44,479 nucleotides of DNA, from positions 1 through 44,479 of IMG/VR virus record IMGVR_UViG_3300038829_000187; one strand, 5' to 3'. Below the pieces are notes generated by a model. The model saw only the letters and a program-made list of their open reading frames with translations, searched no databases and was not told the origin of the DNA. The DNA comes from a virus (taxonomy: Duplodnaviria; Caudoviricetes). This document shows positions 9,942 through 18,833 of this stretch, in pieces. The position numbers and the translations under genes are program-made. Positions within the stretch are counted from its first letter, which is position 1, and every line of letters begins with the position of its first letter.

Positions 9942-10580
9942 TTACTTAACGTGGTACTTGAGGTATTCGAAGTGAATAGAAGCGTCTGCTGAATTGACGG
10001 GGTGGATCTTTGCCCAGACCGCTTTCACGGTTGCTCCCGGAGGGATCAGGTGAGCTCCCGTGGCAACCATCAGACCACCATTGAATGTTGCCTTGTTGTT
10101 GATGATCTGGGCGCCAGACGTTGTAAGTGGCGTATTCGTCCATCCAACGTACAGGGCATCCGCTCCGCTTTCGCTCATGACGGTGGTTCGGATGAGAGCA
10201 CAGGTCGATGAGCTGCATGTGAAGGAGCCGGCGTTGTAGCCTGGCTTCGATCCCGAATATGTGAGCTTCACGAGACGTTGGCAGAGAAGAGCGCCTGTGA
10301 ATCCCGTGCAGAATTCCTGGTTGCGGTACGTGTTGGCCAGAATGTCACCCGATCCTGATTCAACATCGCCGTCTTCCTCGAATTTGAGGGCGTCTTGGGG
10401 GAACTTCCCGTCCACAACGAGCTGGATGGCGGGGGTTGCGTTATCCGTCGTCTCAAACGCGAGGTCTCCCTGGAGGAGCTGGGAGTTGTTGGCCAGGTTG
10501 GCAACGACCATTGCGATGGTGGCCAGGGTGTTTCCCCCGAGCATCAGAGCGTTCAGCCGAGTGTAAGAAGAGCTATCCAT
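9942..10580 (-). CDS. Putative structural protein with N-terminal hydrophobic helix
   Basis: Directly after the capsid gene; LMLGGNTLATIAMVVA segment. Confidence 0.55.
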   Translation of the reverse strand: MDSSSYTRLNALMLGGNTLATIAMVVANLANNSQLLQGDLAFETTDNATPAIQLVVDGKFPQDALKFEEDGDVESGSGDILANTYRNQEFCTGFTGALLCQRLVKLTYSGSKPGYNAGSFTCSSSTCALIRTTVMSESGADALYVGWTNTPLTTSGAQIINNKATFNGGLMVATGAHLIPPGATVKAVWAKIHPVNSADASIHFEYLKYHVK

Positions 10581-10598
10581 TGGCGTGGGGGGAAGGAA

Positions 10599-11642
10599 TT
10601 ACGCGGGCTGTGTAACACCCGAGTACGCGAGGACGTAGCCCTGCCAGCGGATCGACACGAAGGCCGCGAACATATCGAACAGAATGGAGGCGAGAGCGTT
10701 GTCGTTGCTGGAAGATTGGACGCGGAGTTTCGGATCGCCGGCAATCTGCACCTGGAGGTTCTCACGGAAGGCGGAGTCGTAGAGACCGAAGCGGTAGAGG
10801 TCGGTCGTACCTGTGCGGCGGGTCTTGCCGTCGGCTCCGATGAGTCCTTTCTTGAAGACGACGAGCTTCATGTTCCAATCGTTGTTGGGGCCGAAGACGT
10901 TCACAGCGTTGTTGGAGGAGAGCGGCGTCAATTGGCTACCGAAGATCTCGCGTCCACGCTTCACCATGTACGGTTGCTGGTTGATCCACGTTTCGTTCGG
11001 ATTCCAGCTCACGGGCACGCCGTCATCATTGAGGAAGTTGGCGTCGCCATGGGCCATGATCGCCGTAATGGAGTCGGGGGAGAAGGCACACGCGGTCGTG
11101 TAGCTGTTCGACTTGTTGCCGGGCGCCGGAGTCGCGTTGACCGTGTGGGTCGTAGAAACGAACGCCACGTCGTCGGCGGTGAGCCATGGGTCTCCTACAG
11201 CAGCGGACTGGTTGCGAGGCGTGTAGGTCGTGTCCTCGGCGTCGGAGATGGCCTTGTGTGTCATTTCCAGGTCGAGGGTCATGTTGAGCATCGAGGACAT
11301 GCGGGCTGCGACGCGGGTGGCGAGCTGGAGCTTGTCGAACTTGTCCATGCGGACGGTGTAGTCGAACTTCACGCCGTACTGAATCTGATTGACGGTCATG
11401 GAGTCTCCTTCCGTGATGCCAACAATCGGGTAGCTTTCGTTCTCCCCGACACGTTCGGCGTAGGTCGGCAGAGCGTAGCTGTCGAAGGTCACGCGGTCTC
11501 CCTCTGCGGGATTCCAGGGCTTCGGAACGTAGAGGCTCCGCACCATGTCGGGCGGGTTCACCTCCAGCTCCTTGAGCATCACGATCGGCAGGTTCGTGAC
11601 GAAGTTATCAAGGCCGGATGCGGAATGGGGAACGGTGGGCAT
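10599..11642 (-). CDS. Major capsid protein (Mu gpT-like, HK97 fold)
   Basis: 347 aa; GENESYP...EG...YGVKFDYT...DK and ADDVAFVSTTH patterns; follows the scaffold and decoration genes. Confidence 0.8.
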   Translation of the reverse strand: MPTVPHSASGLDNFVTNLPIVMLKELEVNPPDMVRSLYVPKPWNPAEGDRVTFDSYALPTYAERVGENESYPIVGITEGDSMTVNQIQYGVKFDYTVRMDKFDKLQLATRVAARMSSMLNMTLDLEMTHKAISDAEDTTYTPRNQSAAVGDPWLTADDVAFVSTTHTVNATPAPGNKSNSYTTACAFSPDSITAIMAHGDANFLNDDGVPVSWNPNETWINQQPYMVKRGREIFGSQLTPLSSNNAVNVFGPNNDWNMKLVVFKKGLIGADGKTRRTGTTDLYRFGLYDSAFRENLQVQIAGDPKLRVQSSSNDNALASILFDMFAAFVSIRWQGYVLAYSGVTQPA

Positions 11643-11679
11643 ACTGGAAGGGGGGAGTCAGAAGTAGAGGGCTGGGGGT

Positions 11680-12108
11680 TCAGTAGTAGGGAGCGAGGAA
11701 GGTGACGTAGCCGATGTTGTTGGCAACGTCGGCCCCGACAAGGCCCATGTCGTTGCGAACCTCGGTGAGATTGATTCCGTCCGGGCGGCTGCCGCCATAG
11801 TCCACGTCAACAAGAGAGCCAACGTCGGTGGCAACAACGGTGCCAGCCGTGACTTCTGCCTTGTACTCGCTGCCACGCTTCACGATTTCGATGGCGATGG
11901 CATCTGTAGAGGTGTCGCTGGACGCTTTCGCCTTTTGGGCAATGCCGAACGGACGGGTGTTATCCGTCATGTCGGCAACTTTGCCGGAGGCGAGTTTCAC
12001 GATGGCTCGTGACGTGATGGCTGTAGACGCATTCGTGGCCGGGAATCGGAAGACCGATTCAGGCCCCTTGCTCAGGTGGTATGCATTGAGGAGGCGATGT
12101 TCTCGCAT
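11680..12108 (-). CDS. Capsid decoration/cement protein
   Basis: 142 aa beta-rich protein (AIVKLASG, PFGIA, TDVGSLVD) between scaffold and capsid genes. Confidence 0.6.
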   Translation of the reverse strand: MREHRLLNAYHLSKGPESVFRFPATNASTAITSRAIVKLASGKVADMTDNTRPFGIAQKAKASSDTSTDAIAIEIVKRGSEYKAEVTAGTVVATDVGSLVDVDYGGSRPDGINLTEVRNDMGLVGADVANNIGYVTFLAPYY

Positions 12109-12124
12109 GGCGGGTGGGGGAAGA

Positions 12125-12718
12125 TTAGCCCCGCACGTACGTCGTCATGTTCTTGGCTCTTTCACCATACTTCGCTCGATCTTCGGCAGTGATGCCCATC
12201 TTGGCATCCGCGGCTTTCTGGTCGGGCGTTCTCTGGTCGATTGAACCGGAACGGTCAACGGTTGAGGGGGCTGAAGAGGTCTCAGCCTGGCGTAGGTGCT
12301 CGCCGATGTTCTGGGCGGTGATGCCTTTCTTGAGGAGTGCATATTCCAGGGCGACTTCGGGCTTCATACCTTGGGTAAGGTTCTGCTTGTAGTCGTCGCC
12401 GGCAAGAATGATCTTCTTGCTGTTGTCGCGTTCCCACAATTCTTCACGGGTGACGAACTGGGGTTCGGTCTTTTTCTCCTCGGGTTTGGTCTCCTTAGGG
12501 TTCAGGCTTTCGTTGGCCTTTTCCAGGCGACCTTTCCATGTTTTGGCATCTTGTTCGGTGGCTGCGAGCTTCGTTTCCAACTCTTTGACCGTCGGGTGGG
12601 ACTTGATCAGGTCTGCGGAGATTGTGGGGATCAAATCGGCCGTGATTGCAGGGTTTGCAGGTGGGGTTGTGACCGTCTGCGTGGAAGCGTTGCCATCGGT
12701 GGCAGTGGGCTGAGACAT
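12125..12718 (-). CDS. Head scaffolding protein
   Basis: Low-complexity N-terminus, coiled coil, and a C-terminal TPDQKAADAKMGITAEDRAKY scaffold-type motif. Start set at the ATG at 12718. Confidence 0.7.
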   Translation of the reverse strand: MSQPTATDGNASTQTVTTPPANPAITADLIPTISADLIKSHPTVKELETKLAATEQDAKTWKGRLEKANESLNPKETKPEEKKTEPQFVTREELWERDNSKKIILAGDDYKQNLTQGMKPEVALEYALLKKGITAQNIGEHLRQAETSSAPSTVDRSGSIDQRTPDQKAADAKMGITAEDRAKYGERAKNMTTYVRG

Positions 12719-12745
12719 TTGAAGCGGGGGAAGAAATAGTGAACC

Positions 12746-12834
12746 TTGTGAAGGCTCGGAGCTGCGAGCCAATAGGAGGAAAGGCCCGCACCTCGCAGCC
12801 TTCACAATTTGCACGTACGCCGGAGCTGTGAAGG
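12746..12834 (-). promoter_or_regulatory. Structured leader upstream of the scaffold gene
   Basis: TTGTGAAGGCT..GCTGCGAG pairs with CTCGCAGCCTTCACAA; a second GCTGTGAAGG lies at 12825-12834. Confidence 0.45.
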
Positions 12835-12900
12835 AACTACGGGCGAATCATCCACTCACGCCGCTGGTTCGTGAACAGCTCAAACGAAATGTTCTTCGCT

Positions 12901-13071
12901 TCATGCGTTGACAACGTCGATGTTGTATTTGTGTATCACCTGCTGGATGCGACGCACCGTTCGCCCGCATTCCTTGGCTGTGGCCTTCATGCTGCCCGTT
13001 TTCTGAAGGATGAAGAGTATCCATTTCTCCGCGGGTGATGCCTGTGCTGGGATGGTGATGCTACTTGCCAC
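12901..13071 (-). CDS. Small HTH protein (56 aa)
   Basis: Hand-translated from GTG: ...ILQKTGSMKATAKECGRTVRRIQQVIHKYNI, a Fis-like HTH. Confidence 0.6.
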   Translation of the reverse strand: MASSITIPAQASPAEKWILFILQKTGSMKATAKECGRTVRRIQQVIHKYNIDVVNA

Positions 13072-13222
13072 TGAGCACTTGGTAGACGGTGGTCAGAATG
13101 GTTGCTTTCTCTTCGGCGGGTTTCGGGGGCTCGGGTTGCGGGCGAACGCCTGTGAACTTCAGGAGGTCTTGGACAAGTTCCCACTTGCCCTCACGCTTCA
13201 GGGGGTCGGTTGTGAGACGCAT
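13061..13222 (-). CDS. Small hypothetical protein (53 aa)
   Basis: ATG lies just after the portal stop; fills the gap. Confidence 0.45.
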   Translation of the reverse strand: MRLTTDPLKREGKWELVQDLLKFTGVRPQPEPPKPAEEKATILTTVYQVLSGK

Positions 13223-13229
13223 GTGAATT

Positions 13230-15452
13230 TCACAGAGGGCCTTTATTCCTGACCTGCCCAGGGGCGACAGGTTGCGGAGAGCCGACTCCTCCGCTTCCGA
13301 AGGGCGTAAATCCTTCAATGTCAGGGGTGGGGGCAAGAGACGGCTGTCCTGGCTGCCCTGGAGCCATTGAAGAAGCCATTTCCGGAGACGGGATGCCATT
13401 TTTGGGGAGGGTAAGATCTGGGCGGCTGGAAAGGAAGCTGCTGATTTGTTCCAGGATACCATCTACCTCGTCGTTCATTTCTGCAACGGGGTCAGTCTTT
13501 CGCATCACGTCGTCCTCTTTCAGGTCGAGAGCGTGCACCATTTCGAGGTCGAGTTTCTGCATGTCGAATTCGGAGGCGAGTTCCGGCATCTGCATCCCTT
13601 CCATCACGCGAACACGGGCATAGTCGGCGAGCATTTTGATCTTGGCCATCTTCACGTTCTGATTGTCGCCGAGCATGTGCTTGGCTTCTGCCCGGATTTT
13701 GGGAATGCCGCCTCGCTCTGCGTACTCAATACTTTCAACATACTTCTCGCGGGCAGGGATGCTGCCGGTCTGCTTTCCCCGGTACTTCTCTACTTCTTCC
13801 AGGCTTTCGAGGTCGTACTTCCCGTCCTTGTTGGGCTTCTCCTTGTACACGGCTCCGGGGGTGGGGATCATGAACCGGATCTTCTTACGGGGTGGCTCCT
13901 TCGTGTAATCGGTGGACAGAAGGTTCTCGTAGTCGTCCGGCGATGTTTCTCCTGCTGCGATCTTGCCCACGATCTCCTCCACGTCTTCTTCGGTCAGGTT
14001 TTCGTAGTCTTCGACGGTGAGGTCGCTCATGACGCCGCCAAGCAGGAGTTCGCCCATCTTCGTAAAGCATCCGTCCTCAAGATTGTTCAATCGGAAGACA
14101 AAGCCCTCTTCGTTTGCCTGTACCTTCTGGAAGAGTTCGTAGGCGGTCGATGATGTCTCGCCGGCGAGTTGCTTGAAGTTCGATCGGCCCAGGTACATAG
14201 CCGAGTCTTCCAGGAATTCTCTGTACCAGCTGTAATTGCTGAGGCTCACCTGGCCGAGGGGAGTTGCAAGTATCTCTCCACCGTTCTTGAAGACGTAGCC
14301 AGAGTACATTTCCTTGATGTTGATCTCTTCGTTCGTTCCGGGAACGCCGGAGAAGGACTTAAACGAGACGGGGACGGTGTTTGCAAGACGCATATTATCG
14401 ACCGTCATGTTCCCGAACGCCTGGTAGAGCACGTTCAGTGCGTCGATGAGGGCGGGATGGCCCATGCCGTAGAGAGCGTGGGTTCGGAGATTGCTGTCGT
14501 ACTGGTGCCAGTTGGCCCCGAAGCAGAGTGAGGTGCGGCCAAGGACGTTGTGGCCAGCTTTCTTCTTCTTGCGATCCTTCTTGAGTGGTTTATCAAAGAT
14601 TAAAACACCGTTGGCATAGAGGCGATACACATCCTGAATCTCATTTTGGTAGCAAACAACGATGACACCTTTGTGATCGCTCTCCCGATATTCGAGCGTA
14701 CCGTCGTTTCCGATTGCAACAATCCTGCCTGGTGAGACGAATTCGGTGTGGTTGTACTTGTACTTGCCATCGGGGAGCTTCACTCGAGCATAGTTCTGGA
14801 CGAACTGCTCCCAGCTCATTGCATCGTGGAAGAAGATCGAGGGAGCTTCTTCGGGGGTGCGGGCGAACGGATTCATTCCACATTCGTAGGGCGAGCGGTA
14901 GCGAACGCCGAGCTTGGGTCGTCGATAGTCGGGCCTCACAATCTCGTCGTATTCGGGCTCGTCGTCGTTGGGATCGGTTTTGGGGATGCGTTCGGTTCGC
15001 TGGGGCGTTTGGGAGAAGACTTCGTAGACGCCGTTGCCCATCACTTCCCAGTCGGTCAAAAAGTAATCCTGCTGATTGTCGAAATTGCTGTCGTTCATCA
15101 CGGCGTCGATGGCCGGCTTCCAGAGCATATCGACCTTGCGGTAGTCGGACGTGCTGCCAGGGCTAATGCCGAAGCCAGGGCGCCCTTTGCTCATGGCGGT
15201 GAGGCTGGCTGTGCAAATCATCCGGGCGAACGGAAAGAGCACGTTGCTCACGTTCGGGTCGTCGATCGGTTCGGCGAGGAGATTCCAACCCTTCGCCGCT
15301 TTCTCCCAGTCGGGCGTGAACTTTGAACGATAATCGACCATCTGCTGAATGTCGAATTCATCGTTCTTCTTCGCTTCTAATTGATGTGGCTTGGCTGCCC
15401 AGGTGGACTTTCCTGCTTGGCCTGGTTGGACGTGGAAGGGTAGCTGCGGCAT
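13230..15452 (-). CDS. Portal protein (P22-like)
   Basis: 740 aa; VMGNGV, SPYE, YGMG and TAYE motifs; P/Q-rich C-terminus; lies between terminase and scaffold. Confidence 0.85.
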   Translation of the reverse strand: MPQLPFHVQPGQAGKSTWAAKPHQLEAKKNDEFDIQQMVDYRSKFTPDWEKAAKGWNLLAEPIDDPNVSNVLFPFARMICTASLTAMSKGRPGFGISPGSTSDYRKVDMLWKPAIDAVMNDSNFDNQQDYFLTDWEVMGNGVYEVFSQTPQRTERIPKTDPNDDEPEYDEIVRPDYRRPKLGVRYRSPYECGMNPFARTPEEAPSIFFHDAMSWEQFVQNYARVKLPDGKYKYNHTEFVSPGRIVAIGNDGTLEYRESDHKGVIVVCYQNEIQDVYRLYANGVLIFDKPLKKDRKKKKAGHNVLGRTSLCFGANWHQYDSNLRTHALYGMGHPALIDALNVLYQAFGNMTVDNMRLANTVPVSFKSFSGVPGTNEEINIKEMYSGYVFKNGGEILATPLGQVSLSNYSWYREFLEDSAMYLGRSNFKQLAGETSSTAYELFQKVQANEEGFVFRLNNLEDGCFTKMGELLLGGVMSDLTVEDYENLTEEDVEEIVGKIAAGETSPDDYENLLSTDYTKEPPRKKIRFMIPTPGAVYKEKPNKDGKYDLESLEEVEKYRGKQTGSIPAREKYVESIEYAERGGIPKIRAEAKHMLGDNQNVKMAKIKMLADYARVRVMEGMQMPELASEFDMQKLDLEMVHALDLKEDDVMRKTDPVAEMNDEVDGILEQISSFLSSRPDLTLPKNGIPSPEMASSMAPGQPGQPSLAPTPDIEGFTPFGSGGVGSPQPVAPGQVRNKGPL

Positions 15453-15489
15453 GGAGGTACCACGATCCTCCTATCACGCCGGAGTATAC

Positions 15490-15705
15490 CTACTGTCTCT
15501 TCGCTTGCAACTCGGCCTTCGATTGAGGCTGCAACTGGATCGCTCCGTCGATGCCGGGATCGGCACGCTGCATTTGAAACGGTGACGGTGCGAGCTTCTG
15601 CATCTCCTTTCCGCAAATACAGACGATGGTTTCGCCGAACACGGCTCCTTCCATGCGGCAGTCGCGTTGCTCACCGCAGTTTCCGCAGACGAATGTGTAG
15701 ATCAT
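15490..15705 (-). CDS. FmdB-type zinc-ribbon protein
   Basis: MIYTFVCGNCG...CICGKEMQK. Confidence 0.7.
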   Translation of the reverse strand: MIYTFVCGNCGEQRDCRMEGAVFGETIVCICGKEMQKLAPSPFQMQRADPGIDGAIQLQPQSKAELQAKRQ

Positions 15706-16016
15706 TTGGCTTGGCGGGTAATGGGCTTAAAAGGATGAATACCCATGTGTTCAAGCTCCACGTCCAGGTCATCTTTGTTCTTCTCGTACTTCTCAATCTC
15801 TTTCTCCTCCATGAAGTTCCTGCCGGTTCTCGCCTCCTCCATGTAGTCGTAGCCTCCGGTGGTGAAGCCTGGGCCGCGGAACTGCACGCGGGGGTAGGCG
15901 ATCGTGTAGGTCATGGGTTTGCCACATTTGCAGCGGATGGTCTTGGGCCGGAGGCCGAAGGGGCAGGACAGCTCCTTGCTGTGCCCCAGTGGGCAGCGGA
16001 AGTTGTAGGCGGGCAT
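15702..16016 (-). CDS. FmdB-type zinc-ribbon protein
   Basis: MPAYNFRCPLGH...CKCGKPM...VQFRGPGFTTGGY. Confidence 0.8.
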   Translation of the reverse strand: MPAYNFRCPLGHSKELSCPFGLRPKTIRCKCGKPMTYTIAYPRVQFRGPGFTTGGYDYMEEARTGRNFMEEKEIEKYEKNKDDLDVELEHMGIHPFKPITRQAK

Positions 16017-16327
16017 CAGTCGGTGATGAGACCGGAGTCGGTCGAAGTGTTGGAGAGTTGGCTGAGAGCGTCTTCGATGTTCGTGCGGGCCTCGGCGGAT
16101 TGTTCGGGGGTGAGCGGGCCTACTTCGATCCGTGGGAACATGCCTTTAGGGGTGTAGTCGAGCCGCACACCTTCATGGAGTCCAAGGTCATTGAGATGCA
16201 ACATGTATTCGAGCCTCAGCTTCTTGGCCTGGGCGAGCTTTTGGTTCACTTCTCTCACTTGGCGTTCGGCAAGAATGCGGTGGGCGTTCTCATCAATCTG
16301 TCGCTGGATTTCTTCTTTGGATGGCAT
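16016..16327 (-). CDS. Hypothetical coiled-coil protein
   Basis: Stop overlaps the next start; start set at MPSKEE. Confidence 0.6.
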   Translation of the reverse strand: MPSKEEIQRQIDENAHRILAERQVREVNQKLAQAKKLRLEYMLHLNDLGLHEGVRLDYTPKGMFPRIEVGPLTPEQSAEARTNIEDALSQLSNTSTDSGLITD

Positions 16328-16343
16328 GGGCGAAAGGGTACGC

Positions 16344-16595
16344 CTAGTAGTGGTGCTTCTCAAGGTGACTCACGGTGAGGTAGTGGGATGTCCACACGAG
16401 GCCAAGAGAATGCCATTCCTCTTTGTTTTCAGCGAGGAAGCGGGCGAACATCTCGGAGAGCTTGCGGGTGATTTGCTGTTGCTTGTCGCTCGTAAGTGGT
16501 TTCTCGCCCGTGATGGTGACGTTCCAGTCCGCGACGATCTGCGGGAGGAAGACGTGGAGGTCTTCGCGTTCGATTCCGTCAGAGGTTTGTGGCAT
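16344..16595 (-). CDS. Hypothetical protein
   Basis: Operon position; start set at MPQTSD. Confidence 0.5.
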   Translation of the reverse strand: MPQTSDGIEREDLHVFLPQIVADWNVTITGEKPLTSDKQQQITRKLSEMFARFLAENKEEWHSLGLVWTSHYLTVSHLEKHHY

Positions 16596-16803
16596 AGGTC
16601 TCGGAAAGAAGACAAGCACAGTATGAGCATCGAATGCGTCGGCTCGTTTGTGTGGGGAATTCTTGTCCTACTTCAATGGGGCGATGGTAGCCGATCTCGC
16701 AACGCATGATCGTGAGAAAACGACGCCAGCCAATGCGAAGAGGGCTGTTGAATCTGAAGTTGAATCGGAATGACTGCCAGAGGGGTTGTGGAAAGTATCG
16801 CAC
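16579..16803 (-). CDS. Hypothetical Cys/His-containing protein
   Basis: Fills the gap after terL; C...GYH and CSYC motifs. Start uncertain. Confidence 0.35.
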   Translation of the reverse strand: MRYFPQPLWQSFRFNFRFNSPLRIGWRRFLTIMRCEIGYHRPIEVGQEFPTQTSRRIRCSYCACLLSETYATNL

Positions 16804-16814
16804 TGCGGGAGATT

Positions 16815-18179
16815 CTACCCCATGCCTGTTTGGGCACGCCAGCCCCCTGTGCGGCGGAGGGGCTTCGGCACTTCGACCTTTGGCCTGGGCAGTCGATCCA
16901 CGAAACCTTCGGCAAAGGTGCCGCCAGAATCTGCGGGATGCGAGGCCCAGTCGTGGTAGGGAATGTCCTTGTACGCCTGCTTAATCTCGTCCCATTCGCG
17001 GCGGTACTGCGTCCAGGCATTGATGCCGTATGCACAACGAGTCTGGTCAATCCGGTAGCGAGGGAAGAGGATTCGCATTGCTTGGATGCGTTCGGCGGGG
17101 TTGCTTCTTGGAACGATCTTGATGTTCGGCGTTTCTTCGTTGAAGGTCGATCGGTAGAACTGGATGAACGTCTCAATGCGAGTGCGGCCGTTGTGCTCTT
17201 TGACGGCGATGTCGTGCGGGAAGTAATGCGTTCCAAACTTGTACTTCTTGCTGTGCATAAGCTGGACGGCGTAGTCGAGCCCTTTGTTATCGAAAACCTC
17301 AAGATCGATCCAGCGGATCTCCATGCCGATGAGTTGGATAAACCAAATGACCATTTGATCGTTGATCCCAAGATCGAAGGTCGTGTGCGTCAAGAGATTT
17401 GGTTCGATGGGGAGAGAGCAGATTCGGCCTTCGCCTCTCGCTCGCGTCATCTCGTCGGCGTAGTACGAGCCCTTCACCTGGAACACGTCCCATGATCCCT
17501 CTCGCCACGCTTTGCGAAGGTCTTCCGGAAGGCTGTTGAGCCATGCGACGTAGGATGGGTCTTTTTCCATCAGCGTCGGGTTGTCCTCGACGAGCGCCTT
17601 AATGAAGATCCGCCACTTCTTGAGGCCGGTTGCTTCATCGACGAACGACACGGGCTTGCCTGGCTGGCCGATGTCCACGAAGCGGGATTTGACCCAGAGA
17701 TGCCCAGGGCCTCCGGGGTTCGTCGTGCAGAAGACTTGCGGCTTCAAGCCATCGACGGTGGAGCGGCAGGAGGAGATGAGTTTGAGGTAGCTTTCTTCGG
17801 ACGGGATTTGCGTGAGTTCCTCGATCAGGACACGTTGATGCTCTGCTCCCTGGTACTTCTGGTAGGCATCCTCGTCCTTCAGGTGACCGACACGGATGTG
17901 GGCGCCCGAAGGGAAAATGAATTGAGCGGGGTTCGACACGAAGCGAGCACCCAGGACGCCAAGGAGAATCTTGGCTCGGCCGATCCAGTCCACCATGTCG
18001 TCGTAGTTGCGGCGGACGGCGAGGCCGTGGTAGCGGGGTTCTTGGTAGGGCTCACCGATCCATACGATCCCTGCTTCGGTCTTGCCTGGCCCTCGGGCTC
18101 CGCCAAAAAGTACCTCGAATTCCTGCCGAGAAAGGGCTTCTGCCTGTTTGGGATGAGGCGTCCAGACGAGAGGTTCCAT
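16815..18179 (-). CDS. terL: Terminase large subunit
   Basis: PHPKQ adenine-binding motif, GGARGPGKT Walker A, IEELTQ Walker B, TTNPGG, FDLG nuclease motif, HDWASHPAD. Confidence 0.95.
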   Translation of the reverse strand: MEPLVWTPHPKQAEALSRQEFEVLFGGARGPGKTEAGIVWIGEPYQEPRYHGLAVRRNYDDMVDWIGRAKILLGVLGARFVSNPAQFIFPSGAHIRVGHLKDEDAYQKYQGAEHQRVLIEELTQIPSEESYLKLISSCRSTVDGLKPQVFCTTNPGGPGHLWVKSRFVDIGQPGKPVSFVDEATGLKKWRIFIKALVEDNPTLMEKDPSYVAWLNSLPEDLRKAWREGSWDVFQVKGSYYADEMTRARGEGRICSLPIEPNLLTHTTFDLGINDQMVIWFIQLIGMEIRWIDLEVFDNKGLDYAVQLMHSKKYKFGTHYFPHDIAVKEHNGRTRIETFIQFYRSTFNEETPNIKIVPRSNPAERIQAMRILFPRYRIDQTRCAYGINAWTQYRREWDEIKQAYKDIPYHDWASHPADSGGTFAEGFVDRLPRPKVEVPKPLRRTGGWRAQTGMG

Positions 18180-18184
18180 AGGGG

Positions 18185-18730
18185 CTACTCTACACCCTCG
18201 GCTTTCTTGGCCGGCATGTAGATGAGGTTCTGAGCGGCGGGGATTTCTTTGCCCGCGGTCGTGTGATCGATGTGTTGCGGGTTCTTCCAACCGTAGTTCG
18301 AAAGGGCGAAGATTGCTTTAGCAGGAGCCATTTCCCCATGGAGGCCGTGGATCTCCAGGTAGTTGTGGCAACGCACCTTCGCATCTTTAACCGCGTCAGA
18401 ATATTCGTCCTTCTCCTGGTAATCCATCAGTGTTTCTCGTGTCGTATGAAGGGCTAAAGCAAGCCCTGTAATCGTGTAGGGCTCCCGCACTTTCTTTTTG
18501 CCAGAGGCCACGAGACACCCACGTCTCCATCCGGGGAGTCCGCAGTTCATGCAGACCGCTTCGCCCTTCTCGTTCTGCACAATCGCTTCATGGGCAAAGC
18601 GTCTGGTGTCGTACTCTTCGTCGCATTTGTTGAAATACATGTTGATGGCCGTCTCAAGTTCCTCGACTGTTTCAAATTTGAGCGGGCGCCCTACTTTGTT
18701 CTCGCCTTTAGCCTTTTTGCTCTTCGTCAT
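18185..18730 (-). CDS. terS: Terminase small subunit (DNA-packaging gp3-like)
   Basis: GRPLKFETVEEL...YF, PYTITGLALAL..TRETLMDY and AIFALSN.GW motifs. Confidence 0.9.
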   Translation of the reverse strand: MTKSKKAKGENKVGRPLKFETVEELETAINMYFNKCDEEYDTRRFAHEAIVQNEKGEAVCMNCGLPGWRRGCLVASGKKKVREPYTITGLALALHTTRETLMDYQEKDEYSDAVKDAKVRCHNYLEIHGLHGEMAPAKAIFALSNYGWKNPQHIDHTTAGKEIPAAQNLIYMPAKKAEGVE

Positions 18731-18833
18731 GACGAGTGTGGACGGTACCGCCTCGTGGCTCCTGACGCAAGAGCCAAGCGAGGAAGCGGATAGCGATGAT
18801 CTGAAAGCGTGACATGTCCAGAGATTATCAGAC

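Noticed and set aside
311-18221. Long + strand ORFs (e.g. 311..1066, 4175..5416, 10395..11705)
   Set aside because: They are antisense shadows of the minus-strand structural genes and have no motifs of their own.
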